From the NCBI GenBank assembly GCA_964655705.1, contig CAZZPP010000004.1, positions 15,338 through 79,337 of the forward strand: a DNA stretch of 64,000 nucleotides, read 5' to 3'. Both the position numbers and the translations under genes were made by a program. Source of the DNA: an uncultured Candidatus Saccharibacteria bacterium (GTDB lineage Bacteria > Patescibacteriota > Dojkabacteria > SC72). The notes under the pieces are model-generated. The model was given only the letters and a program-made list of their open reading frames with translations. It was not told where the DNA came from and did not search any database. Below are positions 1-8,970 of this stretch, piece by piece (the first letter of the stretch is position 1; each line of letters opens with the position of its first letter).

Positions 1-1183
1 CCATCTCATCGAATTTCTGAGTCCCCTCTACGGCATTCTCCTGAGCATACCCTGTTAATGTTAGTACCTCCTTGGCTATCCATTCAGATTCAGCATCTTC
101 ACTACCAGCTGTAATTAAATTTACGATATCATCATCAATTTCGAAAGAACCCTTGGCAATTAGCCTTTTGTCAATCTTCTGAGTCACTTCCAATCTATAT
201 GGATTGTTATTCTTGATTAATGTATATGCACTATCTAATATCTTTTGATGTGATCGATAGTTCTCAGTAAGTACTACCTCTTTAGATTTAGGATAGTACT
301 GTTTAAATTGCAAAATATTTGATATGGCTGCACCCCTAAATTTGTATATAGCCTGATCATCATCTCCAACTACAGTAAGATTAGGGTTTACTTTTCCAAT
401 CTTGTTCAGATCATTTTTTGGGTCTAAACCCCCTAAGATATTTACTAAGACACTCTGCGTATAGTTAGTATCTTGAAACTCATCAACCAATATGTATTTG
501 AACTTCTCTTGATATCTTTTTAAAACATTCGGTTTCTTTCTAAAAAGATCTATTGTTAGAAGAATTAAATCCCCGAAATCTATCTTAGAGTTCTGTATCT
601 TTAACTTTGTATACTCATCATATACAGTAGCCAATTCTAAAGTATCCTCATACTCCTCTTTGTTAGCTTTCCCAGATCTAGACAATGATCTTGCGTACTC
701 CATATATTCACTAGGTAAAACATCCTCATCTTGGAGTCTCGAGAAGTGTGCTAGTAAATCATCTATGAATTTTGTTGGATTCCCATATGGTCTAAATTTT
801 TTTAATGAAAGATCAAAAAGATGCTTCCTCAAAAATATATATGACTGCGCAGAAGACATCATTTCATAATTAGAGTCTAATCCAATATTGTAACCCTCTT
901 GTTTAAGTATCCGATCACAAAAGGAATGAAATGTAGAAATCCAAATATCTCCATACCCCAAGGGTAAACTGTCATCAACCCTATCTAGCATCTCCTGAGC
1001 TGCCTTGTCTGTAAATGTTAAAGCCAGTATCTCGTGAGGCTTAGCCCAACCACTATTAATGATGTGTGCAATCCTTTGGGTAATTACCGCTGTTTTACCA
1101 GTACCTGCCCCAGCAATTATTAATAGCGGACCCTTTTTATGCTCTACAGCTAATTTCTGCTTCTCATTTAAGTTAATATTCAT
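1..1183 (-). CDS. ATP-dependent DNA helicase, UvrD/PcrA family; N-terminal part only, continues beyond window start
   Basis: Reverse-strand translation from ATG at 1183 reads MNINLNEKQKLAVEHKKGPLLIIAGAGTGKTAVITQRIAHII..., a classic UvrD/PcrA N-terminus with Walker A GAGTGKT; no stop before the window edge; start codon overlaps the nfo stop (ATGA). Confidence 0.8.
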   Translation of the reverse strand, partial: MNINLNEKQKLAVEHKKGPLLIIAGAGTGKTAVITQRIAHIINSGWAKPHEILALTFTDKAAQEMLDRVDDSLPLGYGDIWISTFHSFCDRILKQEGYNIGLDSNYEMMSSAQSYIFLRKHLFDLSLKKFRPYGNPTKFIDDLLAHFSRLQDEDVLPSEYMEYARSLSRSGKANKEEYEDTLELATVYDEYTKLKIQNSKIDFGDLILLTIDLFRKKPNVLKRYQEKFKYILVDEFQDTNYTQSVLVNILGGLDPKNDLNKIGKVNPNLTVVGDDDQAIYKFRGAAISNILQFKQYYPKSKEVVLTENYRSHQKILDSAYTLIKNNNPYRLEVTQKIDKRLIAKGSFEIDDDIVNLITAGSEDAESEWIAKEVLTLTGYAQENAVEGTQKFDEM

Positions 1184-2049
1184 TCTGCTATTTTTTTTAA
1201 TTGAGATATTTCCTCTATTGCTGTAGAAGGACTTTTTAATGCAGGAGTTTCTAAAATGAAAGGTATTTTTTTAAACTCCTCCCTATTTAAGATATTGTAC
1301 ATACCCTTCTCTCCAATCTTACCCTTACCTAAATTTGCATGCCTATCTTTGTTTGATCCTAACTCTGCCATAGAGTCATTAATATGTATTGATTTAACTC
1401 TGCTAAAATTTAGAGTCTCGCCAATCTCTCCTACAACACTATCAATATCATTAACCCAATCATATCCAGCAGCATATGTATGTTGAGTATCTAAAACATA
1501 CCCTATCCTGCCTTTTCCTTTGCACCCATCTCTAATTATTTTTAACTCTGTAAAACTCCTACCTAAGTTACCACCCGTACCAGCAGTGCTTTCAATTAAC
1601 AACCATTGAGTACCACCTACCTCATCTAACACCCAATCTATACCTTGAGATATTCTCTCCATACTATCTTCGTAGTTTAATTCTTTTTGAGACCCTGGAT
1701 GAAAACATACACCAAGTATCTCAACATCTAAACTATTCTTCCTAATTAACTCTCCAACCCTATTTGCAAAATCTAGATATACTACTAGACCCATTTTACC
1801 TAAATGAAAGAGTTGCTTATCACTTCTTGCTAGATTAGTAAGATATATGCCATGAATTAATATCTTCTTCACTTTAGATGTTTTTAATACCTCAACAAAT
1901 CTCTCAATACTCTCTTGTTCAATACTTTTAGTAGCCCATCTCATAGGGGGAGTAGGCATAATCTGTATGCTATTAATTCCATACCTATCTCCCTGCTTTA
2001 TTGAATTTTCTATGCCTCCTGCACTAGACACATGTGCTCCTAAATACAT
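1180..2049 (-). CDS. nfo: Endonuclease IV (AP endonuclease family 2)
   Basis: 289 aa; MYLGAHVSSAGG... N-terminus typical of Nfo; xylose-isomerase-like TIM barrel motifs throughout. Confidence 0.88.
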   Translation of the reverse strand: MYLGAHVSSAGGIENSIKQGDRYGINSIQIMPTPPMRWATKSIEQESIERFVEVLKTSKVKKILIHGIYLTNLARSDKQLFHLGKMGLVVYLDFANRVGELIRKNSLDVEILGVCFHPGSQKELNYEDSMERISQGIDWVLDEVGGTQWLLIESTAGTGGNLGRSFTELKIIRDGCKGKGRIGYVLDTQHTYAAGYDWVNDIDSVVGEIGETLNFSRVKSIHINDSMAELGSNKDRHANLGKGKIGEKGMYNILNREEFKKIPFILETPALKSPSTAIEEISQLKKIAE

Positions 2050-2118
2050 AGTGTATTCTAAAGCAAATTTATATCTTTATCTACCCTTGGGTATGATATA
2101 ATTGTTGACATTATATAT

Positions 2119-2207
2119 GGAGAGGTGCCTGAGTGGTCGAAAGGAACTCACTGCTAACGAGTCGTAGATCTAAAAGTCTACCGCGGGTTCGAATCCCGCC
2201 CTCTCCG
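2119..2207 (+). tRNA. tRNA-Ser (anticodon GCT), type II with long variable arm; CCA not encoded
   Basis: GGAGAGG acceptor / CCTCTCC-G 3' end, D-arm AGTGGTCGAAA, anticodon loop CTGCTAA, long variable arm, T-arm GCGGGTTCGAATCCCGC. Confidence 0.8.
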
Positions 2208-2248
2208 TTCTGATTTATCTTTTTAGACGTCAGCCCTATTCCTTGAAT

Positions 2249-3880
2249 ATGGACAAAGTACTTGTTTTTTGCAAAAACATAATTCACACTATTTGGACAA
2301 TACCAATGGTGCTCTTTGTTGGATTCTTCTTCGCTATATATCTTCTTCTCTCTGACTCTTCTGTATCAAAAGAACCTGCACAGAAACCAAAGACGAATGT
2401 TACAAACCTTTCACAAATTGAGAAACCCAGTTACATCATATTCGAAACAAATATTGATACAGATTTAGAGATATTCCCATTAGACTATGATTACATAATT
2501 AGCAGTTTAGACATATCTCTTACCCAACATCAAAAAATGTCACTACTACTGTACGGAGAATCCGAGAGTAGAAGTACATTAACAAGCATCCAAGAAGGAT
2601 ATATCGAACTAATTAAAAAAGATATCCCAATATTAATACCTAAGCAGTATATTAAAAAATACATTGATGAGGAAATTGAGAGATACTCCGTTAAACTAAA
2701 TCAGGTTCCCATCCAACTCCAAGATATTCAATGCAACATATCCCCTACATTCAATAGCCCCTATCAAAAATATATATGGGAAGAGATGGAGAAAACCGAA
2801 TTCTCAAAGGAGAATGAGGATGATGGTAAAGATACCAAAGAGGTGTTTACAACCACTAACTTCTATCTAGACCTCTATAGCGAGGATATTAATAGTGCTC
2901 TGTATAAAATGAGGGTGTTAAAAGCTCTCTCGGATACAATTGATGATACAACCTTTTTAAGTGATTTTCTAAATGATCTGTTAATATACAATCAAGATAG
3001 GAGTGATACAAATACCATAGGAAGAATCTCTCAAGTGTTAGGCGATATAATCTCATGTTCTGAAAGTAATAGAGATGATCCTCTCTATTGGAAGATTTCA
3101 ATAATTGATGGGAAATCATATCTCTTTCCTGTATATCTTTCCAAAGAGTATCCCGTTGAAGATAACAATTTTAATATTGACTACGACATTACACCCCTAG
3201 AACAATCCAGAAATTCAGTACGCGTTCCAATATTAATGTACCACCACATCAACCCAGTACCCTCCACAGCCTCAAGATTTACTTCGGGCCTCTATGTATC
3301 TCCAGATGTTTTCGAGAAACAGTTGGCATACTTAGTAAAGAAGAATTACAAAAGTCTAACCTCTCAAGAATTCTACACTCTGCTTTCTACAGGTAAAAAT
3401 CCCTCGCAAAAGAGTCTAATGCTTACATTCGATGATGGGACTACGGGACAATATACGAATGGATTCCCTTTACTGAAAAAATATGGCCTAGTAGGAATCT
3501 TCTACATTCCCTCAAGCAAGTCTTCAATAACATACAATCAACTCAGGGAAATGGCTAAGGCTGGAATGATTATTGAATCACACTCCGCAACACATATCGA
3601 TTTGGCAAAAGAAAACAATCCTCAGAGACTATACTCAGAAATCGTAGGAAGTCGGTATACATTAAGAAATGCTACCGGACAACCTGTAATTACAATTTCC
3701 TATCCTGGATGTGTTGCTGACTCTCAAACCTACCCCTATGTATCTCAAGCTGGATATCTGTTAGGAGTAAGCTGTGGTAAATCTATAGATCACTATTTCA
3801 AGAAAAGACTCTCTCTTTCTAGAGTTCATGTCTTTAACAGTGTCGAAAATCTAAAGGATATACTTTCTGGAAAACCATAG
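2249..3880 (+). CDS. Membrane-anchored polysaccharide deacetylase (NodB-homology domain at C-terminus) with a ~350-aa N-terminal domain of unknown function
   Basis: N-terminal TM helix; C-terminal region has TFDDG, HSATH and related NodB/CE4 motifs; first ATG at 2249 (ORF-caller start 2243 is TTG). Confidence 0.7.
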   Translation: MDKVLVFCKNIIHTIWTIPMVLFVGFFFAIYLLLSDSSVSKEPAQKPKTNVTNLSQIEKPSYIIFETNIDTDLEIFPLDYDYIISSLDISLTQHQKMSLLLYGESESRSTLTSIQEGYIELIKKDIPILIPKQYIKKYIDEEIERYSVKLNQVPIQLQDIQCNISPTFNSPYQKYIWEEMEKTEFSKENEDDGKDTKEVFTTTNFYLDLYSEDINSALYKMRVLKALSDTIDDTTFLSDFLNDLLIYNQDRSDTNTIGRISQVLGDIISCSESNRDDPLYWKISIIDGKSYLFPVYLSKEYPVEDNNFNIDYDITPLEQSRNSVRVPILMYHHINPVPSTASRFTSGLYVSPDVFEKQLAYLVKKNYKSLTSQEFYTLLSTGKNPSQKSLMLTFDDGTTGQYTNGFPLLKKYGLVGIFYIPSSKSSITYNQLREMAKAGMIIESHSATHIDLAKENNPQRLYSEIVGSRYTLRNATGQPVITISYPGCVADSQTYPYVSQAGYLLGVSCGKSIDHYFKKRLSLSRVHVFNSVENLKDILSGKP

Positions 3881-3922
3881 TATATTAATATATACTGTAT
3901 ATATAAATTCATAAAATAATAT

Positions 3923-4321
3923 ATGAAATACATATATCTATATATTATCCTCTTAGTAATATTTCTAGTAATAGATTTAATATGGCTTAACTATATTGCC
4001 AAAGACCTCTATCAAAAAGAGATAGGTACTCTGTTACTAAAAAACCCCAAACTACTCCCTGCTATACTCTTCTACTCCCTCTTTATTGTAGCAATCATAA
4101 TACTAGCAGTTATACCAGGTATAGAAGCAAAGTCTTTGTGTAAAACATTACTACTTGGAGCAGTATTAGGATTTATATCCTACGGTACATATGATTTTAC
4201 TAACTTAGCCACACTAAATAACTGGAGTGTTAAAGTCACCATTATTGATTTAATCTGGGGAACCTCTATTACAACAGCTATGTCATACTTCGGATATTTA
4301 ATAGGTAGTAAAATACTGTAA
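3923..4321 (+). CDS. Small polytopic membrane protein (about 4 TM helices), function unknown
   Basis: 132 aa, strongly hydrophobic segments, ATG start. Confidence 0.5.
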   Translation: MKYIYLYIILLVIFLVIDLIWLNYIAKDLYQKEIGTLLLKNPKLLPAILFYSLFIVAIIILAVIPGIEAKSLCKTLLLGAVLGFISYGTYDFTNLATLNNWSVKVTIIDLIWGTSITTAMSYFGYLIGSKIL

Positions 4322-4329
4322 CTAAATAT

Positions 4330-4617
4330 ATGGAGGATACTAAAGGAAAAAATTTCGCTATTAGTCTATCAATAACCCTAGGTACAATAGTAATAGGTTT
4401 AGTAAGTTACATCTTCTATACCTCTACGGCTATTTCTAAAAAGGAAGCCCCCAGATGTGAATACAATGGGTGGGCATATGCAGATAAAGAGATTTTTGAT
4501 TCTGCGGATGGTTGTAATACCTGTTTCTGCCACTTAGGAGAAACAATATGTACAACAAACGAGTGTTTAGATATCAGCGAACAGGAAATTCCTTTAGAAG
4601 ACGGCGAAAATATTTAA
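4330..4617 (+). CDS. Small signal-anchored cysteine-rich protein (6 Cys in about 40 aa), function unknown
   Basis: 95 aa; N-terminal TM/signal anchor then CEYNGWAYADKEIFDSADGCNTCFCHLGETICTTNEC, a disulfide-rich module resembling small protease-inhibitor/toxin-like folds. Confidence 0.5.
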   Translation: MEDTKGKNFAISLSITLGTIVIGLVSYIFYTSTAISKKEAPRCEYNGWAYADKEIFDSADGCNTCFCHLGETICTTNECLDISEQEIPLEDGENI

Positions 4618-4636
4618 ATTAATATTTTTATCTATC

Positions 4637-5398
4637 ATGGACAAATTAAAGGGAAAGATAGGTTCAATTAAAATCCTAATCGTTATCCTTTTGTGTATAC
4701 TCTTTCTTGCAGTGGGATACTATTTAGTATTTACACTAAAAGTATTTAGAAAGAGTACAAATGAACAAGAGACATATAATGATGTAACTGGGCAAGATAC
4801 AGAATCTGAACTGGAAAATAATGGAAATGTTGAATTTATCCTCTTTGAAGGAGAACACATTTCTGCGTCACTCCCAACAAGCTGGAGAATAGAAGAGTAT
4901 GTAGATGGTCAAGGAAGCACTATGTTAACTCCAGGAGAAACATACTCTGGGTTAACAGGATTAAAAATATACAAAGAGGATACTCTACTCTTTTCTATGC
5001 AGGCAGTATCAGGCTTAGGATTTTCCGGATGTCCGAATTATGCAAGATTTCCTGATGAGAGTAAGGAGTACTATGAACAAACTCTAATTGATAATGAAGT
5101 AAGTGGCCAGGAGTTAAATATCCAAGACTTTACCTCTTCGTCATATTCTGAATTTGAATGGTTAGGCGTATCTTTCAGAAGAGTCGGTAACACATACGTT
5201 TATGATACCATCTCTGGAAATGATTACTTTGAGTCCTCATGTGTATTTACTTTAGTTTCGTTCTATGATTTAACCACATACAGGATTGATGGGAAGTATG
5301 GATCATCTGCATATGATTTTGGTGCTACCCAATCTGCTACTACATCAGACTTAGAAACAATTGATGATATTTTAGATAGTATGGCTTTACTTTATTAA
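4637..5398 (+). CDS. Signal-anchored secreted/surface protein, function unknown
   Basis: 253 aa; N-terminal TM then hydrophilic Ser/Gly/Tyr-rich domain. Confidence 0.5.
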   Translation: MDKLKGKIGSIKILIVILLCILFLAVGYYLVFTLKVFRKSTNEQETYNDVTGQDTESELENNGNVEFILFEGEHISASLPTSWRIEEYVDGQGSTMLTPGETYSGLTGLKIYKEDTLLFSMQAVSGLGFSGCPNYARFPDESKEYYEQTLIDNEVSGQELNIQDFTSSSYSEFEWLGVSFRRVGNTYVYDTISGNDYFESSCVFTLVSFYDLTTYRIDGKYGSSAYDFGATQSATTSDLETIDDILDSMALLY

Positions 5399-5427
5399 TT
5401 GACATCTAAGATATACAAATGTATATT
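5399..5427 (+). promoter_or_regulatory. Sigma70-type promoter for the pilin gene: TTGACA-17 nt-TATATT
   Basis: Perfect -35 hexamer TTGACA at 5399-5404, 17-nt spacer, -10-like TATATT at 5422-5427, about 30 nt upstream of the pilin ATG. Confidence 0.45.
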
Positions 5428-5459
5428 AAATATATATTTAAATTTTATTTATTTACTTT

Positions 5460-5921
5460 ATGAAGGGTAAAAAGTATCAAGGATTCTCCCTTATAGAAAT
5501 CCTCGTAGTAGTAGCCTTAATCGTTATCTTGGCTACAATTACAATCGTTGCAATTAACCCTGCAAAGAACTTTAGAGATACGAGAAATGCTCAGAGAAGT
5601 GCAGACATTATGCAGATTCTTAATGCAGTAACTCAGTATACCTCTGAGCAAGGACATGCACTTTCTGACTTAGGAACAATTGCAACATGTACTGCTGTGC
5701 CTGGAGAGGGAACAGAAATTGGAACAGGAGAAGGTCAGTTAAATCTTACAGGGGCTCCACTTGTAGATGAATATATCGTTGCAATACCAGAAGATCCAAG
5801 CAACAAGCCAACTACTCCGAAATTCTATACTATTTGTCAAACATCTACAGGAAGGATCGAGGTATCCGCTGTAGCAGAAAGGGATAACGGAGCAACAGAG
5901 GTAATTACAGTAAAGAGATAA
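5460..5921 (+). CDS. pilA: Type IV pilin (major pilin candidate) with class III prepilin signal
   Basis: MKGKKYQGFSLIEILVVVALIVILATITIVAI...: canonical KG/FSLIE cleavage-methylation motif with Glu+5, hydrophobic alpha1 helix, Cys pair near C-terminus. Confidence 0.85.
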   Translation: MKGKKYQGFSLIEILVVVALIVILATITIVAINPAKNFRDTRNAQRSADIMQILNAVTQYTSEQGHALSDLGTIATCTAVPGEGTEIGTGEGQLNLTGAPLVDEYIVAIPEDPSNKPTTPKFYTICQTSTGRIEVSAVAERDNGATEVITVKR

Positions 5922-5988
5922 CTGTTAGAAAAAAGGTTTTTATATATATAAAGTGAATATCAGATAGCCTAAAACTATCCGAACTGCC

Positions 5989-7416
5989 ATGGTAGAGCTT
6001 TTAAAACTCGCAGACGATGTAGTCAAAAAAAAGATAAATGTATCCAATTTTTTGGACATACTAATATTAGATGCACTAAGGAAAAAGGCATCTGATATTC
6101 ACATTGAGGCAAAAGATAACAAGACACTACTAATCAGATACAGAATAGACGGTGTACTCCGTGACATTATTCCCCTAGGTCCTGAAATGAGAGATAGTTT
6201 CCTCTTTATCATTAAAGTAAGAGCTAAATTAAGAACAGATATACATTTTGCACCACAAGATGGAAAGATTCTTTTTAATGTTAAGAAGGAAGCAATTGAC
6301 CCAGTAAAGGAAGAAGCTGTAAAAGAAAAAATAGAGGTTAAAGAAGAAAAAAAAGAAGAAAAAAAAGAAGAAAAGAAAGAAGGAAAAAAGAAGAAAGGAA
6401 AAGAAGAAGAAATAGAAGAAAAGAAAGAAGAAAGTAAAAATCTTCTAGAAAAAGTATCACAAACAAACATAGCCGAAAAAGACTACTACAATGTAGATGC
6501 AAGAATTTCCATATTACCAGTTACACATGGAGAGAAAGTAGTAATCCGATTACTCTCTCAAGCAAATAGAGGGTATGGATTAATGGACTTAGGATTTGAA
6601 GAAGAAGATTTAATAAAGCTTGAGAAAGCATATAGACAACCATTTGGACTATTCTTAGTTACAGGTCCTACTGGAAGTGGAAAGACTACTACACTCTACT
6701 CTGTGCTTAAGATTCTAAATACTAGGGATGTAAATATAACGACAATTGAGGACCCAGTTGAGTATAGTATAGAAGGAGTAAATCATATACAAATAAATCC
6801 TAAAGGAGATCTAACATTTGCAAATGGTTTAAGGTCTGTACTCAGACAAGACCCAAATATAATAATGGTTGGAGAGATTAGAGATAAAGAAACTGCAAGA
6901 ATTACTGTTAACTCAGCACTTACTGGACACTTAGTACTTTCAACAGTACACGCAAATGATGCAGTAAGTACAATCCCAAGACTCATTGATATGGGTATTG
7001 AGCCCTTCTTAGTTGCTTCAACTTTAAATATTGTAATTACTCAAAGACTCGCTCGAAGACTATGTCCTCATTGTAAAAAAGAGTATTCCCCAAGTAGAGA
7101 TGTTGCCCACAAAGAGATGGTAAAACTTAGACCTGATATTCAAAAACATCTAGCAAATATTCCTAAAATGTATAAAGCAGTAGGATGTAAGGAATGTAAT
7201 AACACGGGATATGCAGGAAGAATTGGGATATATGAAATCCTTTCAATGACAAAAGCTGTAAGAGATGTCATTATCAGCAACCCAAACTCAGACGATATCC
7301 TTGCTGTTGCTAAAAAAGGAGGCTTTAGATTAATGATCGAAGATGGTGTTAAGAAATTAAAAAATGGAGATATTGATATTAAAGAATTAGCAAGAGTTAT
7401 TGCAATAAAAGAGTAA
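5989..7416 (+). CDS. pilB: Type IV pilus assembly ATPase PilB/GspE family, with a Lys/Glu-rich low-complexity insert
   Basis: Walker A GPTGSGKTT, Asp/His boxes, C-terminal tetracysteine (CPHC...CKEC); about 50-aa KEEKKEEKK insert in the N2 domain. Confidence 0.9.
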   Translation: MVELLKLADDVVKKKINVSNFLDILILDALRKKASDIHIEAKDNKTLLIRYRIDGVLRDIIPLGPEMRDSFLFIIKVRAKLRTDIHFAPQDGKILFNVKKEAIDPVKEEAVKEKIEVKEEKKEEKKEEKKEGKKKKGKEEEIEEKKEESKNLLEKVSQTNIAEKDYYNVDARISILPVTHGEKVVIRLLSQANRGYGLMDLGFEEEDLIKLEKAYRQPFGLFLVTGPTGSGKTTTLYSVLKILNTRDVNITTIEDPVEYSIEGVNHIQINPKGDLTFANGLRSVLRQDPNIIMVGEIRDKETARITVNSALTGHLVLSTVHANDAVSTIPRLIDMGIEPFLVASTLNIVITQRLARRLCPHCKKEYSPSRDVAHKEMVKLRPDIQKHLANIPKMYKAVGCKECNNTGYAGRIGIYEILSMTKAVRDVIISNPNSDDILAVAKKGGFRLMIEDGVKKLKNGDIDIKELARVIAIKE

Positions 7417-8519
7417 TGGAGAAAAAAACTGGAGACAAAAAACAATCAAGGGAAGAAGAATTCAAGAAATTAAAGAGGATAAAAGTGTCTACCTCAAATC
7501 TACTAATATCTATTAAATCCTTTTCTGCCCTACTTAAGGCAAGTATCCCTTTATCTGAAGCAGTAAAAACTATTGCAGAGCAATCTAGTGATCCCAATTT
7601 AAATAGAATATACAAATATGTAGGAGAAGAGGTAGATAAAGGGCTTACGATGGCACAAGCTATGAGACTTTTTCCGAAAGTATTTCCAGAAACCGTTTCA
7701 GCTGTAGTTGAAGCTGGCGAGTTAGGTGGTTCCTTAGAAACAAATCTTATGTTTATTGCGGAGACAATAAAGAAAGAGTGGGAACTAAAAAAGAAATTAA
7801 AGGGAGCAATAATATACCCTATTATTATCATTAGTATGACTGCCTTTATGTTTTTAGGAATGATCTTTATTGTTTTCCCAAAATTAGAAGTTCTCTTTGA
7901 AGCCTTTGAGAATGTTCCCGCTACTACCAAATTCATAATTAATGCTGCAACCAGTATTAGAACATATTGGTATGTATTACTTGGAGGTATTATATTACTG
8001 ATAGGGGGTATAATGCTTTACTTAAGAACAAAATCAGGTAAAAGATTTTCTGGATGGTTAGCCTTAAATTTCCCGATCTTAAAGAAGCTTTTTAAAAGTA
8101 ATATCCTAGCATCGTTTTCAAGAACATTAAGTGTCCTTTTAACAAGTGGAATACCGCTAACTAAGTCATTAGAGATTTCTACATCAACTACAAGTAATAG
8201 TAGATACTCTGAAGTATTACAAAAGGTTTGTAAAACTATTGAGAACGGGAAAGACCTCTCTATTTCTCTATCAGAATACCCTGAATTTTTTAATACCTCC
8301 TATGTAAAAATGATTGATGTAGGAGAGATTAGTGGTACCCTAGAAGACAATTTAATGTACTTACATGAGTATTACTCAGATGAAGTAACTGAGATGAGTA
8401 ACAACATAGTTACTTTCATAGAACCCCTACTTCTGATTTTAGTTGGAGCAGTAATTGGTCTTTTAGGAGTAACAATCCTTCTTCCAATTTATCAACTAAT
8501 GGGAACAATAAATGGTTAA
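7416..8519 (+). CDS. pilC: Type IV pilus inner-membrane platform protein PilC/GspF (two T2SS-F domains)
   Basis: 367 aa, duplicated GspF domain architecture with 3 TM segments; start overlaps pilB stop (TAATG). Confidence 0.88.
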   Translation: MEKKTGDKKQSREEEFKKLKRIKVSTSNLLISIKSFSALLKASIPLSEAVKTIAEQSSDPNLNRIYKYVGEEVDKGLTMAQAMRLFPKVFPETVSAVVEAGELGGSLETNLMFIAETIKKEWELKKKLKGAIIYPIIIISMTAFMFLGMIFIVFPKLEVLFEAFENVPATTKFIINAATSIRTYWYVLLGGIILLIGGIMLYLRTKSGKRFSGWLALNFPILKKLFKSNILASFSRTLSVLLTSGIPLTKSLEISTSTTSNSRYSEVLQKVCKTIENGKDLSISLSEYPEFFNTSYVKMIDVGEISGTLEDNLMYLHEYYSDEVTEMSNNIVTFIEPLLLILVGAVIGLLGVTILLPIYQLMGTING

Positions 8520-8970
8520 TAATATCAAAGAGAAAAAGTTAAAAGGTTTTTCATTACTCGAAATAATTGTAACTTTGGGTATTATGATGCTTTTTGCTGG
8601 TATAGTTTTTCCTGTTGGTGTAAATAAAAGTCAGAAAACAAAATTAGAAAGCTATGCTTCTCAACTAGTTACTGATATATACTACCAACAACAGAGAAGT
8701 TCTTTTAAGGATATTTCAACGGGCGTCTCTTTAGGAGTAAATACATATACTCTCTTTGATGGGGAGTCTCTTTCCACTGCATTAGATACAGATTTAAGAA
8801 AGTATCCTGCAAATATTAGAATTACTTCAATAGCTCTTACTGCTTCAAATGAAATTTTTTTTCCAGCAGGAGAATTCAAACCCAGCGTATACGGAACATT
8901 ACTTTTAACAGATGGAACTAACATAGTAGAAGTATATATAAATAGGGAGGGATTAATAGGATATGAGTAA
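8512..8970 (+). CDS. Prepilin-type minor pilin / pseudopilin
   Basis: N-terminus KLKGFSLLEIIVTLGIMMLFAGIVF: class III signal with Glu+5; 8-nt overlap with pilC. Confidence 0.7.
   Translation: MVNNIKEKKLKGFSLLEIIVTLGIMMLFAGIVFPVGVNKSQKTKLESYASQLVTDIYYQQQRSSFKDISTGVSLGVNTYTLFDGESLSTALDTDLRKYPANIRITSIALTASNEIFFPAGEFKPSVYGTLLLTDGTNIVEVYINREGLIGYE

Noticed and set aside
660-869. 69-aa plus-strand ORF
   Set aside because: Lies entirely inside and antisense to the UvrD/PcrA helicase gene
6099-6470. 123-aa reverse-strand ORF rich in Ser/Phe
   Set aside because: It is the antisense translation of the purine-rich KE insert in pilB; a low-complexity artefact
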